Origin: Geosiphon pyriformis uo1
Taxonomy: Eukaryota; Fungi; Glomeromycota
Direction: 5' to 3'
Assembly (NCBI GenBank): GCA_016748015.1
Contig: JAAOMT010000659.1
Location: forward strand, 561,222-625,221
Length of the DNA: 64,000 nucleotides
The notes beneath the pieces were generated by a model. That model did no database searches, was not told where the DNA came from, and saw nothing but the letters and a program-made list of their open reading frames with translations. A program made the position numbers and the translations under genes. This document shows positions 13,339-26,400 of this stretch, piece after piece. Every line of letters starts with the position of its first letter. The stretch's first letter is position 1.

Positions 13339-15625
13339 TGTTACAGATAAATTTGGTGGGGTATAATAGTAATATTTGGTGCTCTAATTTAGTGTTCTAA
13401 AGTTGTATGTTTTTCACAGAATTGATGTTTATTAGTCTCTAAAGGTTTTTTTCTGAATGTGAATTTACCTATTGAGTTCTTTGGTTATAAGACACAGAAA
13501 TTTGGCTTTCATTGATTACAACTTCTTATAAATATAAGCTATTTTCTCTAAGCTAATAAGTGCAGTCATTAAAGTCTGACATTGTCTTTTCACTCTTCTG
13601 GTAAACTATTAAGATAATATTAATATCCAAAATTTAGAGAAAGCTTTCTTCTTTTATTAGGCTATTATGAAGTCTATTTTCAGACAGTCAATTTTTTTAT
13701 GTTGCCACTTCACAAATAATGAAAAAAAAAAATAAAAAAAAAAATAAAAAAAGAAAAAAAAAAGAAAAAAATTAGTTCTCATCAATTGCCATAATTAAGA
13801 GTGATTGTTTCAGATTATTAATGGTTTGAGATAATTATGCTAATAGCATCTGTTTTAAAACAAAAATACAAAAAAATAACTCAATTTAATTTGAACATAA
13901 AAGTTTTAAGAATATATATTTGTGGGTTTGACTTTTAATAATTGATTTATTTTAAAATCTGAGAGCAGATAAAAGATAATAGAGAATAAAAAAATTGCTT
14001 CTTGTTTAGTAGTTTGTATTTAGCTGTCTGTTTTTTTTATCTTCTACAACTACTTGCTTTTATATATTCTTTTGGTTTTATAGGATTGCTTTCAATTGTT
14101 TTGTTATTACTAGCTATTGCTTTGCTATTTTTGTTATTGCTTTGTTTTTCTATGTTATCATTAGTTATCCTATATTATAATATGTTATCTGGTATTATTA
14201 CATGTTATTCTGTGTTATTTCATGTTATAACACATTATTTTGCATTATTCTAAGCTATAACATATTATCCAATGTTATTGCATATTATTTTGTGTTATAT
14301 CATGTTTTGGTCATGTTTCTTTATAACTTTAGATCAGTTTTTTCTACTTGGGTAACATTATCTCTTTTTTTTAGAATTGAGCTCCTGTAAAATTGTATAT
14401 ATTTGTTATTATGGCTTTGTTTATATAATGTTTGATGGTTGTGTCAAGTATTGTTTTTCTTAAATTTTTGAATTGTTGATTAGTTATTTATCCTATGTTG
14501 TTAACTGTTATAGTCTTCATGGATCCATATAACAGTATGTTTAAATAATATTAAAAGGCTGCATATAATTAGTATGTTGCTTTGTAATATAGAGTCAGAT
14601 TGCTTTTTCCTACAAATTTTTCTACTTGTTGTATAGCTTTTTTGTTAAAAATTTTTTGGCTGAGGTCTCTATATGATGTCTTTAAATCTAATTTTTCACC
14701 AATTTTATAGAATCAATATGCTGGTGGAAGTTTTTTTTTCATTTTTGGGCATTGTTTGGTGTCTATTCTTCTGTTTCAAAAAGATTAATTCCATAAGTTA
14801 ATGCTTTTTTTATTTCTTTGAGTTCAGAAACCAAATATTTTTTATAAACTTCTTTTATTCCCTGTTCTACCTGAGAGAAATCTTTTCTCCAATTTTTTCT
14901 TTCAGGCATTGAATAAAAGTAGGACTATTTAGTTTTAGTTAAACTCTTACTCTTCTTTTTTTTGTTCTTATCTTTATATCATATTTCTTTTCTATTAATT
15001 GTTATTTTTATTTGAGCAAAAGATTGCTGAATTGTGTCAAATAGTTGTTTTAAAAGTTATAAAATTTGATCTGACAGATCCATGCTGAAAGTTTTATTGT
15101 TTTTTTGCTGTTTTTTTGAATATTATATATATTTGAATTTCTTAATTTAATTTGCTGCTTATTGTTTATAGTACAATGGCAATAATTGGTTTTAGATCTT
15201 GTGGTATATTTTTTGGTCTGATTAATAAAATTTGTGTTTTTAGTTAAGGTATTGATAATGATGATTCTTGTTTTGCATGATAAATTTTTAACTGATTTTT
15301 ATGCACTACTTTATTTAAAATCCTGTTTCTTAATCATAATTTGTAAGCTCTATTGCTTAAAACTTTGTGTACATAGAATAAACCATCTCACTTTGGATCA
15401 AACTTTCTATTCTACTGTTTCTCAGCTTTTGTATAATGTAATAATACTTGGTTTTCAATCTTGAATTCCATTGGTTGTTTAGATAAGTGTTTGTTATGTC
15501 TTTTTTTTGTTGTTTCTGAGCATTACTAATGTTGTCAGCTGCTGTGCTACAATTATTTTTTAATATTTCTATGAGCTGGTATATTTTATAGTATAAGATC
15601 ACTTTAAAATTCTCTTTGATAATAG
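13339..15625 (-). mobile_element. Gypsy-2 (divergent family) 3' end: integrase C-terminus, decayed extra ORF, PPT, ~1.0 kb 3' LTR (13339-14357)
   Basis: Manual translation EFKIENQVLL...KFDPK*DGLFYVHKVLSNRAYKL...HKNQLK (GPY/F-type region, ~15270-15480); purine tract AAAAAAAAGAGATAA before TGTTACCC; LTR ends GTAACA; degenerate TAACA-rich repeats at ~14100-14320. Confidence 0.7.
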
Positions 15626-16152
15626 TGTTACAGATTGGAGTAACAAGCTAATGAATAGCAAGAGAGAACAGGATTGTAGGGTAATGAAAATAATTAAAGG
15701 GGAATTCAACTTTAAAGAGCGAATTGAATGAGTATGGATTCAATGTGTGAGATCAGTCTCATAAAATATCTCAGTCACTATACTTTTCAAAGGTAACTGA
15801 AGAATCTGAAGGTAGAGGGATAGTTCATACTATCAACAAATGATCACACTTGGTATAATTCTATGCCTCATATCAACACTCTTAGAATTCAATATCAAGT
15901 ATCAGATGTGCTCTTCAGTCATGTTTTATTCAATAATCTTCAAATACTTCATTTAATTGTTTCAGGAAAAGACAGATAAACACCAACAAAAGATCTTTTA
16001 TCCAAAAGATGTTCAGATATTTAAAGGTAGGGAAAAAAAATTTAGCAATAAGAGAATGTTTAAGATGAAAGTTGTTTTATTATATTTCTTTGATTGTTGG
16101 AAACATACTTTTCTACAGCTAAAAGACTTATTGTTTATCTAGCTATGAAAAA

Positions 16153-16272
16153 TGGTCAACAACCAGGTCAATGATCAGATCAATGATCAGGTCAATGATT
16201 AGGTCAACAGTCAAGTTATTGATCAGGTTAATGATCAGATCAATAATTAGGTCAATGGTCAGGTCAATGATT
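16153..16272. repeat. 12-bp tandem array (AGGTCAATGATC) x10 in LTR U3
   Basis: Direct reading. Also 23204-23323 (x10), 30206-30313 (x9), 34019-34150 (x11), 41093-41224 (x11), 49322-49417 (x8). Confidence 0.95.
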
Positions 16273-16329
16273 ACTATCTAAAAATAAGTTGGCTAATTAT
16301 ATGACATCAGTGGCTAATACATGTGATAA

Positions 16330-16986
16330 CTAATAAAAACTATGAGTTTCAACCATAACATTATCCTCTCCAAAGAGATTGAGCTTTGGCGAAATCAAAC
16401 TATTTATGGGATATTCTAATTGAAAGGTTTTATCTAACTCAAAACTAACTAATTTGTTAAAGTTTTTTGTGAATAAAGTGTATAGTACTTGAGACAAAAT
16501 GAGCTTTGTATTCAAGAGACCAAACATTTGTATAAGAGTTTTGGCTCTTCTGGCAATGGTCAAAACTCTTGGGACATTCAACCATATAATGTCCAAAATT
16601 TCCACTTGTATCTCAGAAGTTGTTTTCTTCATGAGCTTCATGTCTTCTATGATTTCACCAAGACGACTATAGAGCTCTAGTTGTCTTCCATATGACAAGT
16701 TTTTGTCTATGGGCAAGATTTCTTTAATTGTTTTTTTAATTGTGGTAGAAGATACAAGTATTGCTGCTGTTATGCTTTCTAACAGATACTTATCCATTTT
16801 GCTACCAATTTTTTCTCTTCTTGTAGTTGTTTTCTTTGGTCTGATAACAATATGAGTTCCACTGTTGTCAGTTATTGTGGTCTGTTTTTCAATAGTTAGG
16901 GTAGCATTTGGATAGTTTTTGATTCAATACTTATGAAGAGTATAGAAAGTGTTTTGAATGTTTTGATCCAGAAAATAATTGTTCAT
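16330..16986 (-). pseudogene. Gypsy-1 ORF3 (copy V), one internal stop
   Basis: 657 nt, same length as the other copies. Confidence 0.8.
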
Positions 16987-19900
16987 GTTGATTGAAAATA
17001 TCTCTGTTTTGGGAATGGTGCATTTATTTATACTTGGTTTTTGCTAATCATTTGGGTCAGTATTACCACAACTGGTAACCAATCAGGTCGTTTGTGATAT
17101 TTCTTGAATTATGTGTCATAAATAGGACGATTATTAAAGATTGTTCCGAATTGATCTTGAAGAATATAAGAACCATTGTTCAAAACTTTGTTGACTATAA
17201 AGGGACCTTTTCACCAGCTAGAGAATTTATCACCATAGACATTGTCTCTGTCTGAGTGGTATTCCAAAACTAAGTCACCAATACTTAAAGAAAGTGTTTT
17301 ATAAGTTTTCTTCTTTTTAAGCTTTTCTTGAAACTGTTTTATCTTTTTAAAGGCAATTATTCATGCTTCTACAAGTGAGTCAAGAATAATACCAAGTCTT
17401 TTTTGCAAAATGTTTTTGTAATTTGCTATTGTGATCTTTTCAAAGAATATTGTCTCAATATCAGTTTCTATTGGTAGTATTGCCATTTGTCTATAGAGCA
17501 GATAAAAAAGTTCATAACTTGTTATGTTATGATTTACAGTTCTATAAGCAAACAAAGCTGAAGGCAGTACTTTGTCCCATAAGTTTGTTTCTTTACTTGT
17601 TTTGGCTAGGGTTTCACACAGTGTTCTATTGAAACGTTCTACTAGGCCATTTGTTTGGGAGTAATAGAGAGAAGAAAGTTTGTGATGTATTCCCATTTTT
17701 CTACAAAGTTCTTCAACCAGTGTACTGAAAAAAGCTCTTCTTTTATCAGATAATAGTTCTTTGGAGCAGTCATGACAACAAATAATATCTTTATAAATGA
17801 AATTGGCTATTGAGACTGCTGTTTGATCTGGGGTGGCTCTTGCTTTTACCCATTTTGTAAGATAGTCGGTAGCTGTGATGATATATCTGTTGCCATCAGG
17901 AGTTACTGTTAAAGATCCAACAACATCTATACCAATTCTGTCAAATGGTTGACCAACAGAGATTGGATGGATATCTTTTTTGTGATTGGGTTTTCCTTTT
18001 CTTTGGCAGGTACCACAGGTTTTAATGTATTTAGCAATGTCTTTTCCCAAGGTAGGCCAATAATAGCGAGGTAAGGTTTTCTGAATTGTTTTTGTTTTTC
18101 TAAAGTGTCCAGCTAATGGATCAGTGTGCATATTGTAGATCACAATTTCTCTTTCTTTAAATTTTATGACTCTCTGAGGACAGTCAGGATCTTTTTTATT
18201 TTTTTTGTATAATTGGTTTTGGTGAATCAAATAGAATTTTGATTGTTTGCGCAAATGTTCTTTTTACTGTCGATTGTATTCCAGTGGGTATTGTCTTTTA
18301 CCCAAAAATTCCATTAAGGCAGAGTAGTTGTTCAAGTCCATTATCATGTTTGTTTGTAGGAGAGTTACTAATAATTAGTTTGGTTTGAGGTGGTTGTACT
18401 GTTACTTGGTGGTAAGTCTGGAGAGAGCATCAGCATTTTGATGATTAGCTCCTTTGCAATATTGAATATCACTAGTTGAATTCATCCAAGTGGAGTATTT
18501 AGCAAGTTAATCTTTTGTGTTCTAGCTTCTTTTTGTTGTACAGCCAAACCAAAGCTTGGTGATCTGTTACTATAAGGAAGAAGATATTTGTTTCAATAAC
18601 TAGTAGCCCATACTACTGCCAGGCATTCTTGTTCAGTTACTGAGTAATTCTACTCTGCTGGTAAGAGAGTTTTACTGGCATATGCTATGGCATGTTCTTT
18701 GCCATTTTCATCTTTCTGGGATAAAACAGCTCCAAGTCCATAGCCAGATGTATCAGTGTAAAAGATAAAAGGTTGATCTAGATCAGATTGCTTCAGAATT
18801 GGTTCAGTAACTAGTTTTTTCTTTAGAGTTTTAAAAACTTTTTGTTGGTGTGTGTCCCAATGATAGTTGACATTTTTCCTGAGTAGCTGATTAAGTGAAG
18901 CAGCTATTTTGGAGAAATTTTTGACAAATTTGTGATAATAGGAAGCCAAACCAAAAAAAGAGCATAGTTCATGAACATTCATTGATTGTCTAATGTTTTA
19001 GACTTTTTCAACCTTAGCTGGGTCAGGAAAAATTCCATCTTTTATAATAAAATGACCAAGAAATTGGGTGGATTGTCTTCCAAAGAAAGATTTGATTGGG
19101 TTGATCTTAAGACCTGCATTTCTAAGAAGATCAAAAACTTTTTGCAAATGTACAAGGTGTTCATTCCAGGTTTTTGAGTACACTATTATATCATCTAGAT
19201 AGACCAAAACAAAAGTTTTCTTTCACTGATTTAAATACTTTATCCATTAAGCATTGAAAGATGAGAGGGGCATTGGTGAGACCAAAAGCCATGACTGTGA
19301 ATTCATAAGTGTCATACTTGGTGATGAAGGCAGTTTTCTTTCTGCTTTCTGGATCCATCTCTATTTGCCAGAATTCAGCAGTTAGATTAATGGTTAAAAA
19401 GAAAGCAGCATCTTTGAATTGGTTCAGCATTGCATCAATCTTAAGAAGTGAGTACATGTCTCTTTCAGTGTTGGCATTTAATTGGTGGTAGTCAACACAG
19501 AAGTGTAGGATTCCACCTTTCTTGAATATCACTACAACTGGAAAAGCCTATTCACTCTTGGTTTTTTGTATGAATTCAAGTTCTTTCATCCGGTTTATCT
19601 CTTTCTTGATGAACTCATTATTGTGCTAATTGAATTAATATGGCTTTAAATAGATGGGGTGAGTTTCTCTAGTGGTAATGGTGTGTTGTATCACATGAGT
19701 TTGTTCAGAAGTATCACCTTCTTTTAAGATAACTGGGCTGTTTCTAACCAGCAGATTTTCAATGTCTATTTTTCTTTCTTCTGAAAAAGATTCTCTTTGT
19801 TCTACAACTAGTGATTGGATCTCAGGTGGTTCATTTTCAAAGGACTTTTGGACTTCTTTCAATTCTTCTCTAGGTATTAAACTGATTGGTTCCCAATCTT

Positions 19901-22900
19901 TGTAATAGATCAGACATGATTTGCATTCATCACTTAGAGAATATAAGGGTTGGTTGCACCTGCACCAGGCACAAGGACTATGTTACCAATAACAGTACTT
20001 GGCTTTCTTGTCAGGTTTTTGGTCAAAGATTCTTCTAAGGATATTATAGTAGGGCCAACAGATCAGCTTGCCATTCACAATGATTCTTTTTTTGTCAGCT
20101 TTGACATTGTCCAGTGGCTTGCCATTGCTGGTGAAGATAGTGTATGCGAGTTCAGTGGTTTCTTCTTGTTCCTTTTGTTCTTTTTCTTTATCACTCTCTT
20201 TATCATCTGATTTGTCTGATTGTTTTTCTTCTTGATCCTGTTTGTTTGCTGGAGAAGTTGTCCAATGGTGGCATTTAACCACTATGGACTTCTCACCACA
20301 TCTGATAGTTAATTTACATAGTTCATAGTCAAGTAAGGCTTTTGCTTTCTTGAGCCACTCATTGCCAACAATGATGGTGCATTCCTTTGCTTCAGAAACT
20401 TTTATGTTAGTTTCAATACTGATGCCATTGATGTGAACAGGAATAGCTTTGACAATGCCCAGACTTTTTTTCTTGTTACCATGTACATTGGTCATTGGTC
20501 AGGTGGAAGGCTCATCAATTTTTCTGCCAATTGCTTCAAGAAAGTGTTTGGCAATTACACTAACAGATGATCTACTGTCTAGAATCAAGTCAATGAAATA
20601 ACCAGCCACTTGTGTTTTGCAAATTAAAGGAATGACATTGCTGTTGTCAGCAAGTCCAGCTTGGCAAGGGCATTTATTGGTCTTTGGTGTTTTTTTCTTG
20701 AGAATTAAAGATTTGTGGAGATCTTTTCTGAACTGTAAATAAGTCATTAACTGGTCAAAGGTAATGTGTACTGGAGTTTCCATAAGATCTTTAACAACAG
20801 AATAGGATCCAGATTTTTGTACAATTTCTGGGGATTTCAACTTTGAAGGGTTCTTAAAAACTTTGGCTTTTGGTGGCTCTTTGCTATCAGCAGTGGAAAT
20901 TGAGACTTTGTTGGGATTTAGAACGAAATCAACCTTGGCTTTCTTCTTTTTCTGGTTGATTCAGAAGTGTTAATTGCTAATTTATCCATGTCATAGTTAT
21001 CATCAATTAAGTTAAAAGCAAAAAAGGGGTTTTCTTCTGATTAGCTTGTACTCTCACCCTTTGGAGGTGTGTCTACCAGTTTAAAGGCTGATAGACTGTG
21101 GCTTCAACTAGAGGATCCTCTCCAAAGAAATTGATGTTGGCATGGTTGGGTTTTTGATTAAAAGCATTATTGTTAATAGGTCTATTGTTTTAATTGTCAT
21201 TATTTCTAGGAACTGGAGGAAGTAAAGGAGGATTGTTGCAATCTCTTAAGAAATATCCAGTTAATCCACATCTATAACATACAGAGGACCACAATTTTGT
21301 TGTCTTTAATAAGGAGGTTGCTGAAGCTGATTAAAACGTGATTCATATCTGGGTTTTTGTGGTTGTTGGTTATTTCTAACTGCTTGTGCCAAAGATTCTA
21401 ATAACCAGGCAAGATTGGCTGTAAGTCTATCAATTAATTGTTTATTTGGATCTTGAGTTTGGGCAGCAAAAGAGGCAGCAGCCATTTGAGGGGCAGGAGC
21501 CATAACAGAAGCAGAAGCAAAAACTGGAAGTATAGATCCCAAATGTATTCTTTAGTTGTTTTTAATTTGTTGGACAATTTCAATGACCATATCCATTGTA
21601 GGATTGTCTTTCAGGACCAAGAGAGACCAAAGAGCATAAGATAAATTGGTTCTCAATCCTTTTGTGAAGGAATAAATTTTCTGCTTTTCTGTCTAATTTC
21701 TTCCAGAGTCTACTCGTTTAATGAATTTTCTTATTGCTTTGGCATATTCTGTCACAACCTCACCAGGGCCTTGAGTTCTTCTTTCTAATTTCATATGCCA
21801 TTTTGAGATTAAGATGGGAGTTCTAAATTTCATTTCAAACTGGGTAGTGAAAGAAGTGTTGTCTTCTCCAGCATTTGCTGGTGACCATCTAATAATTCTT
21901 TGTTGAGCATTGGCATTGGTTTTTTGTGAGAACCAAGTAGCAGAAAAGCCTTGAAGATAGCCATCAACAATTTAGAATTTGTATTCATTATCATATTGGT
22001 TTGCTGTGGCAGCTCTCTCAAAATCATCCAACCATTCTATTGGATCTTGGGCATCACTTCTAAATAATGGTAATAGGATGTTGTTTTTTTGCTCTAAAGC
22101 AGTCTGTATGTCTTAGAGAGTGATCAAAATGTTTTGTTGTAGAGGGTCTTAAGCCATTGGTTCAGGTGTAACTGTTTGTGTTGAGTGTTCTGATTTACTT
22201 GAAAAGAGATCAAAAACAAGAGTGGTTTGATAGCTTTCTTCTTCTGTTTTAAGAGAAGTTTCAGTTGATTAATAAACAGCAATCCAAATGTGAATTTGAT
22301 GATTCAGATATTCAAAATCAGAGGGCTGTTGTTCAAAAATTGTTGAGTATAAAAGTTAATTAATGCTGTTGTTTCTTTCTTTACAGTTGTCTTCAAAATA
22401 AGCTTGGTCAAAGTAATAGATTGTATAAGCTGTATAGGTTTCAGCTGAATGCTCATTCAGAAACCAGTTCCAAAAGTCTTGGAATTGTCTGCTGGATTGT
22501 TTTTCAATGGGAAAGCAAATCAAGCAGGAGGGCAAAAAATTGAGTTCAATAAAGTCTAGATCATTTTTGTTGTGTGCTTCAAAGTATTCTTCTGATTGTT
22601 GTGGCAAGTATAAATAATCACCTATACAATAGGAAACAAAGTAGATTTTAACAACCTCACAGGGAGCACCACTTTTATGTTATGGGTTGGAGTAACAAGC
22701 TAACGGATAGCAAAAGAGAACAGAATTGTAGGGTGATGGAAATAATCAAAGGAGAATTCAACTTTAAAGAGCAAATTGAATAAGTATGGATTCAATGTGT
22801 GAGATCAGTCTCATAAAATATCTTAGTCACTATTTTTTTCAAAGATAACTGGAGAATCTGAAGGTAGAGGGATAGTCTGTACTGTCAACAAATAATCACA

Positions 22901-23412
22901 TTTGGTATAATTCTATGTCTCACATTAGCGCTCTTAGAATTCAATATCAAGTATCAAATATGCTCTTCAGTCACATTTTATTCAATAATCTTCAAATACT
23001 TTGTTTAATTGTTTCAGGAAAAGGTAGATAAACACCAACAAGGGATCTTTTATCCAAAAGATGTTCAGATACTTGAAAGTAGGGAAAGAGAATTTAGCGA
23101 TAAGAGAATGTTTAAGATGAAAGTTGTTTTATTATATTTCTTTAATTGTTGGAAACATACTTTTCTACAGCTAAGAGATTCATTGCTTATATAGCTATGA
23201 AAAGTGGTCAATGACCAGGTTAATGATCAGGTCAATGATCAGATCAATGGTCAGGTCATTGATCAGGTCAATGATCAGATCAATGATCAGGTCAACAATC
23301 AGGTCATTGATCAGGTCAATGATTACTATCTAAAAATAGGTTGGCTAATTACATAACATCAGTGGCTAATACATGTGATAACTAATAAAAACTATTCATT
23401 TCAATCATAACA

Positions 23413-26400
23413 TTATGATTCACAGTTTTATAAGCAAACAAAACTGAAGGCAGTACTTTGTCCCATAAGTTTGTTTCTTCACTGGTTTTGGCTAGGGTTT
23501 CACATAATGTTTTATTAAAACATTCCACTAGGCCATTTGTTTGAGGGTGATAAGGGGAGGAAAGTTTATGATGTATTCCCATTTTTCTACAAAGTTTTTC
23601 AACCAGTATACTAAAAAAAGCTCTTTTTCTATCAAATAAAAGTTCTTTGGGGCAGCCATGATGGCAAATGATATCTTCATAAATGAAATTGGTTATTGAG
23701 ACTGCTGTTTGATCTGAAGTGGCTCTTGCTTCTACCTACTTTGTAAGATAGTTGGTAGCTGTGATAATATATCTGTTGCCATTAGGAGTAATTATTAAAG
23801 GTCCAACAATATCTATACCAATTCTGTCAAATGGTTGACCAACAGAGATTGGATGGATATCTTCTTTGCGATTGGATTTGCCTTTTCTTTGGCAGATATT
23901 ACAGATTTTGATGTATTCAGCAATGTTTTTTCCCAAGATAGGCCAATAATAACAAGCTAAAGTTTTTTGAATTGTTTTTGTTTTTCCAAAGTGTCTAGCT
24001 AATAGGTCAGTATGCATGTTGTATATTACAATTTTTTTTTCTTCAAAAGAGATGACTCTCTGGGAACAGTCAGGATCTTTTTTGTTTCTTTTGTATAATT
24101 GGTTTTGGTGGATCAAATAGAAATTTGATTGTTTGTGCAAATGTTCTCTTTACTGTTGAGTGTATTCGGATGGGTATTGTCCTTTACCCAAAAATTCCAT
24201 TAAGACAGAGTAGTTGTCCAAGTCCATTATCATGTTTGTTTATAAAAGAGTTACTAATAATTAAGTTGGTTTGGTCTAAGAGATTGTATTGTTACTGGAT
24301 GGTAAGTCTAGATAGAGTGTTGGTGTTTTAATGATTTGCTCCTTTGTGATATTGAATATCATAGTCGAATTCATCTAAGTGGAGTATCCAGCAAGTTATT
24401 CGTTTGTGTTCCAGCTTCTTTTTTTTGTGCAGCCAAACCAAGGCTTGATGATCTGTTATCACTAAAAATTTTGCACCAAGAAGATATTGATCCCAGTAGT
24501 TGGTAGTCCAAACTACTGCTAGACATTCTTGTTTAGTAACTGAATAGTTCTTTTCTGCTAATGTGAGTGATCTACTGGCATATGCTATGACATGTTCTCT
24601 GCTATTTTCATCTTTTTGTGAAAAGACAGCACCAGGTTCATAACCAGATGCATCAGTGTGGAGAATAAAAGATTGGTCCAGATCAGGTTGTTTGAGAATT
24701 GGTTCAGTAACAAGTTTTTTCTTCAGAATTTCAAAAGCTTTTTGTTGATGAGTGCCCCAGTGATAATTGACATTTTTTCTGAGTAGCTAATTGAGAGGAA
24801 AAGCAATTTTGGAGCAATTTTTGTTAAATTTGCAATAGTAAGAGGCCAAACCAAGGAAAGAGTGTAATTTAGGAATATTTATTGGTTGTCTAATGTTCTG
24901 AACTTTTTGAACTTTAGCTGGGTCAGGGAAGATTCCATTTTTTGTGACAAGATGACCAAGAAACTGAATGGATTGGCATCCAAAGAAAGATTTGATTGGG
25001 TTTATCTTGAGGCCAGCATTTCTGAGCAGGTCAAAAACCTTCTGTAAATGTTCAAGGTGTTCATTCCAAGTTTTTGAATATACCATTATGTCGTCCAAGT
25101 AAACCAGAACAAAGTTTTTTTTTACTGATTCAAACACTTTATCTATTAAACATTAAAAAATGGAAAGAGCATTGGTGAGACCAAAAAGCATGACTGTAAA
25201 TTTATAGGTGCTATACTTGGTGATGAAGGCAGTTTTTTTTCTGCTTTCTGGATTCATCTCTACTTGCCAGAATTCAGCATTTAAATTAATGATTGAGAAG
25301 AAAGCAGCACCATTAAATTTATTTAGCATTGCATCAATTTTGAGAAGTGAGTACATGTTTCTTATAGTAATGGCATTTAGTTGGTGGTAGTCAACACAGA
25401 AGTGTAGGGTTCCATCTTTCTTGGATATCACTACAACTGGGAAAGCCCATTCATTCTTGGTTTTTTGTATGAATCCAAGATTTTTCATCCAGTTTATCTC
25501 TTTCTTGATAAACTCATCATTGTGTTGATTGGATTGATAAGGCTTTAAATGGATGGGGTGAGTTTCTTTTGTGGTAATGATATGTTGTATTACATGGGTT
25601 CATCCAGGGGTGTCTTCTTTTTTTGAAATAACTGGGCTATTTCTAGCCAACAGATTTTCAATGTCTATTTTTCTTTCTTCAGGGAAAAGTTCTCTTTGTT
25701 CTACAACTAGTGATTGGATTTCAGGTGGTTCATTCTCAAAAGACTTTTGTACTTCTTTAAGTTCTTCTTGAGGTATCAAGCTAATTGGTTCCCAATCTTT
25801 ATAATAGATTAGGCAGGATTTGCATTCATCACTTGGTGAATACAAAGGTTTATTACACCAGCACCATGCACAAGGGCCATGCCACCAATAACTGTATTTT
25901 GCTTTTTTGCTAGGTTTTCTGTCAAAGGTTCTTCTGAGAATATCATAGTAGAACCAGCAAATCACCTTGTCATTTACCATGATTCTTTTTTTGTCAGCTT
26001 TAACATTATCCAGTGGCTTGCCATTGCTGGTAAAGATGGTATAAGTGAGTTCAGCAGTTTTTTCTGGTTCTTCTTGATTTTCATCATCACTTTCATCATC
26101 ATCTGATTCATTTGATTGTTTTTCTTCTTGGTTCTGTTTGGTTGCTGGAGAAGTTGTCCAATGACAGCATTTAACCACAATGGGTTTTTCACCACATCTG
26201 ATGGTTAGCTCACAAAGTTTATAGTCAAATAGTGCTTTGGCTTTTTTAAGCCATTCATTACTAACAATGATGGTGTACTCTTTTGCTTCAGATACTTCCA
26301 TATTAGTTTCAATGCTGATATCATTGATACAGACAGAAATAGCTTTGGCTATGTCCAGGCCTTTCTTCTTGTCACCATGTATATTGGTCATTGGTCTTGT

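Larger units (their letters stand above)
15626..23412 (-). mobile_element. Gypsy-1 copy V, full length (5' LTR 22678-23412, 3' LTR 15626-16360), decayed
   Basis: Paired LTRs, PBS at ~22655-22671, gag, PR, RT (VYLDD), RH, IN, ORF3, PPT. Flanks differ (atag vs ttat), so the TSD is not preserved. Confidence 0.92.

Noticed and set aside
14002-14390. Hydrophobic ORFs resembling membrane proteins
   Set aside because: Translation of T-rich degenerate repeats within the gypsy-2 LTR.
16153-16272. 12-bp arrays as a CRISPR-like array or animal nuclear-receptor (AGGTCA) elements
   Set aside because: No spacers and no cas genes; these are LTR U3 tandem repeats, and nothing indicates an animal host.
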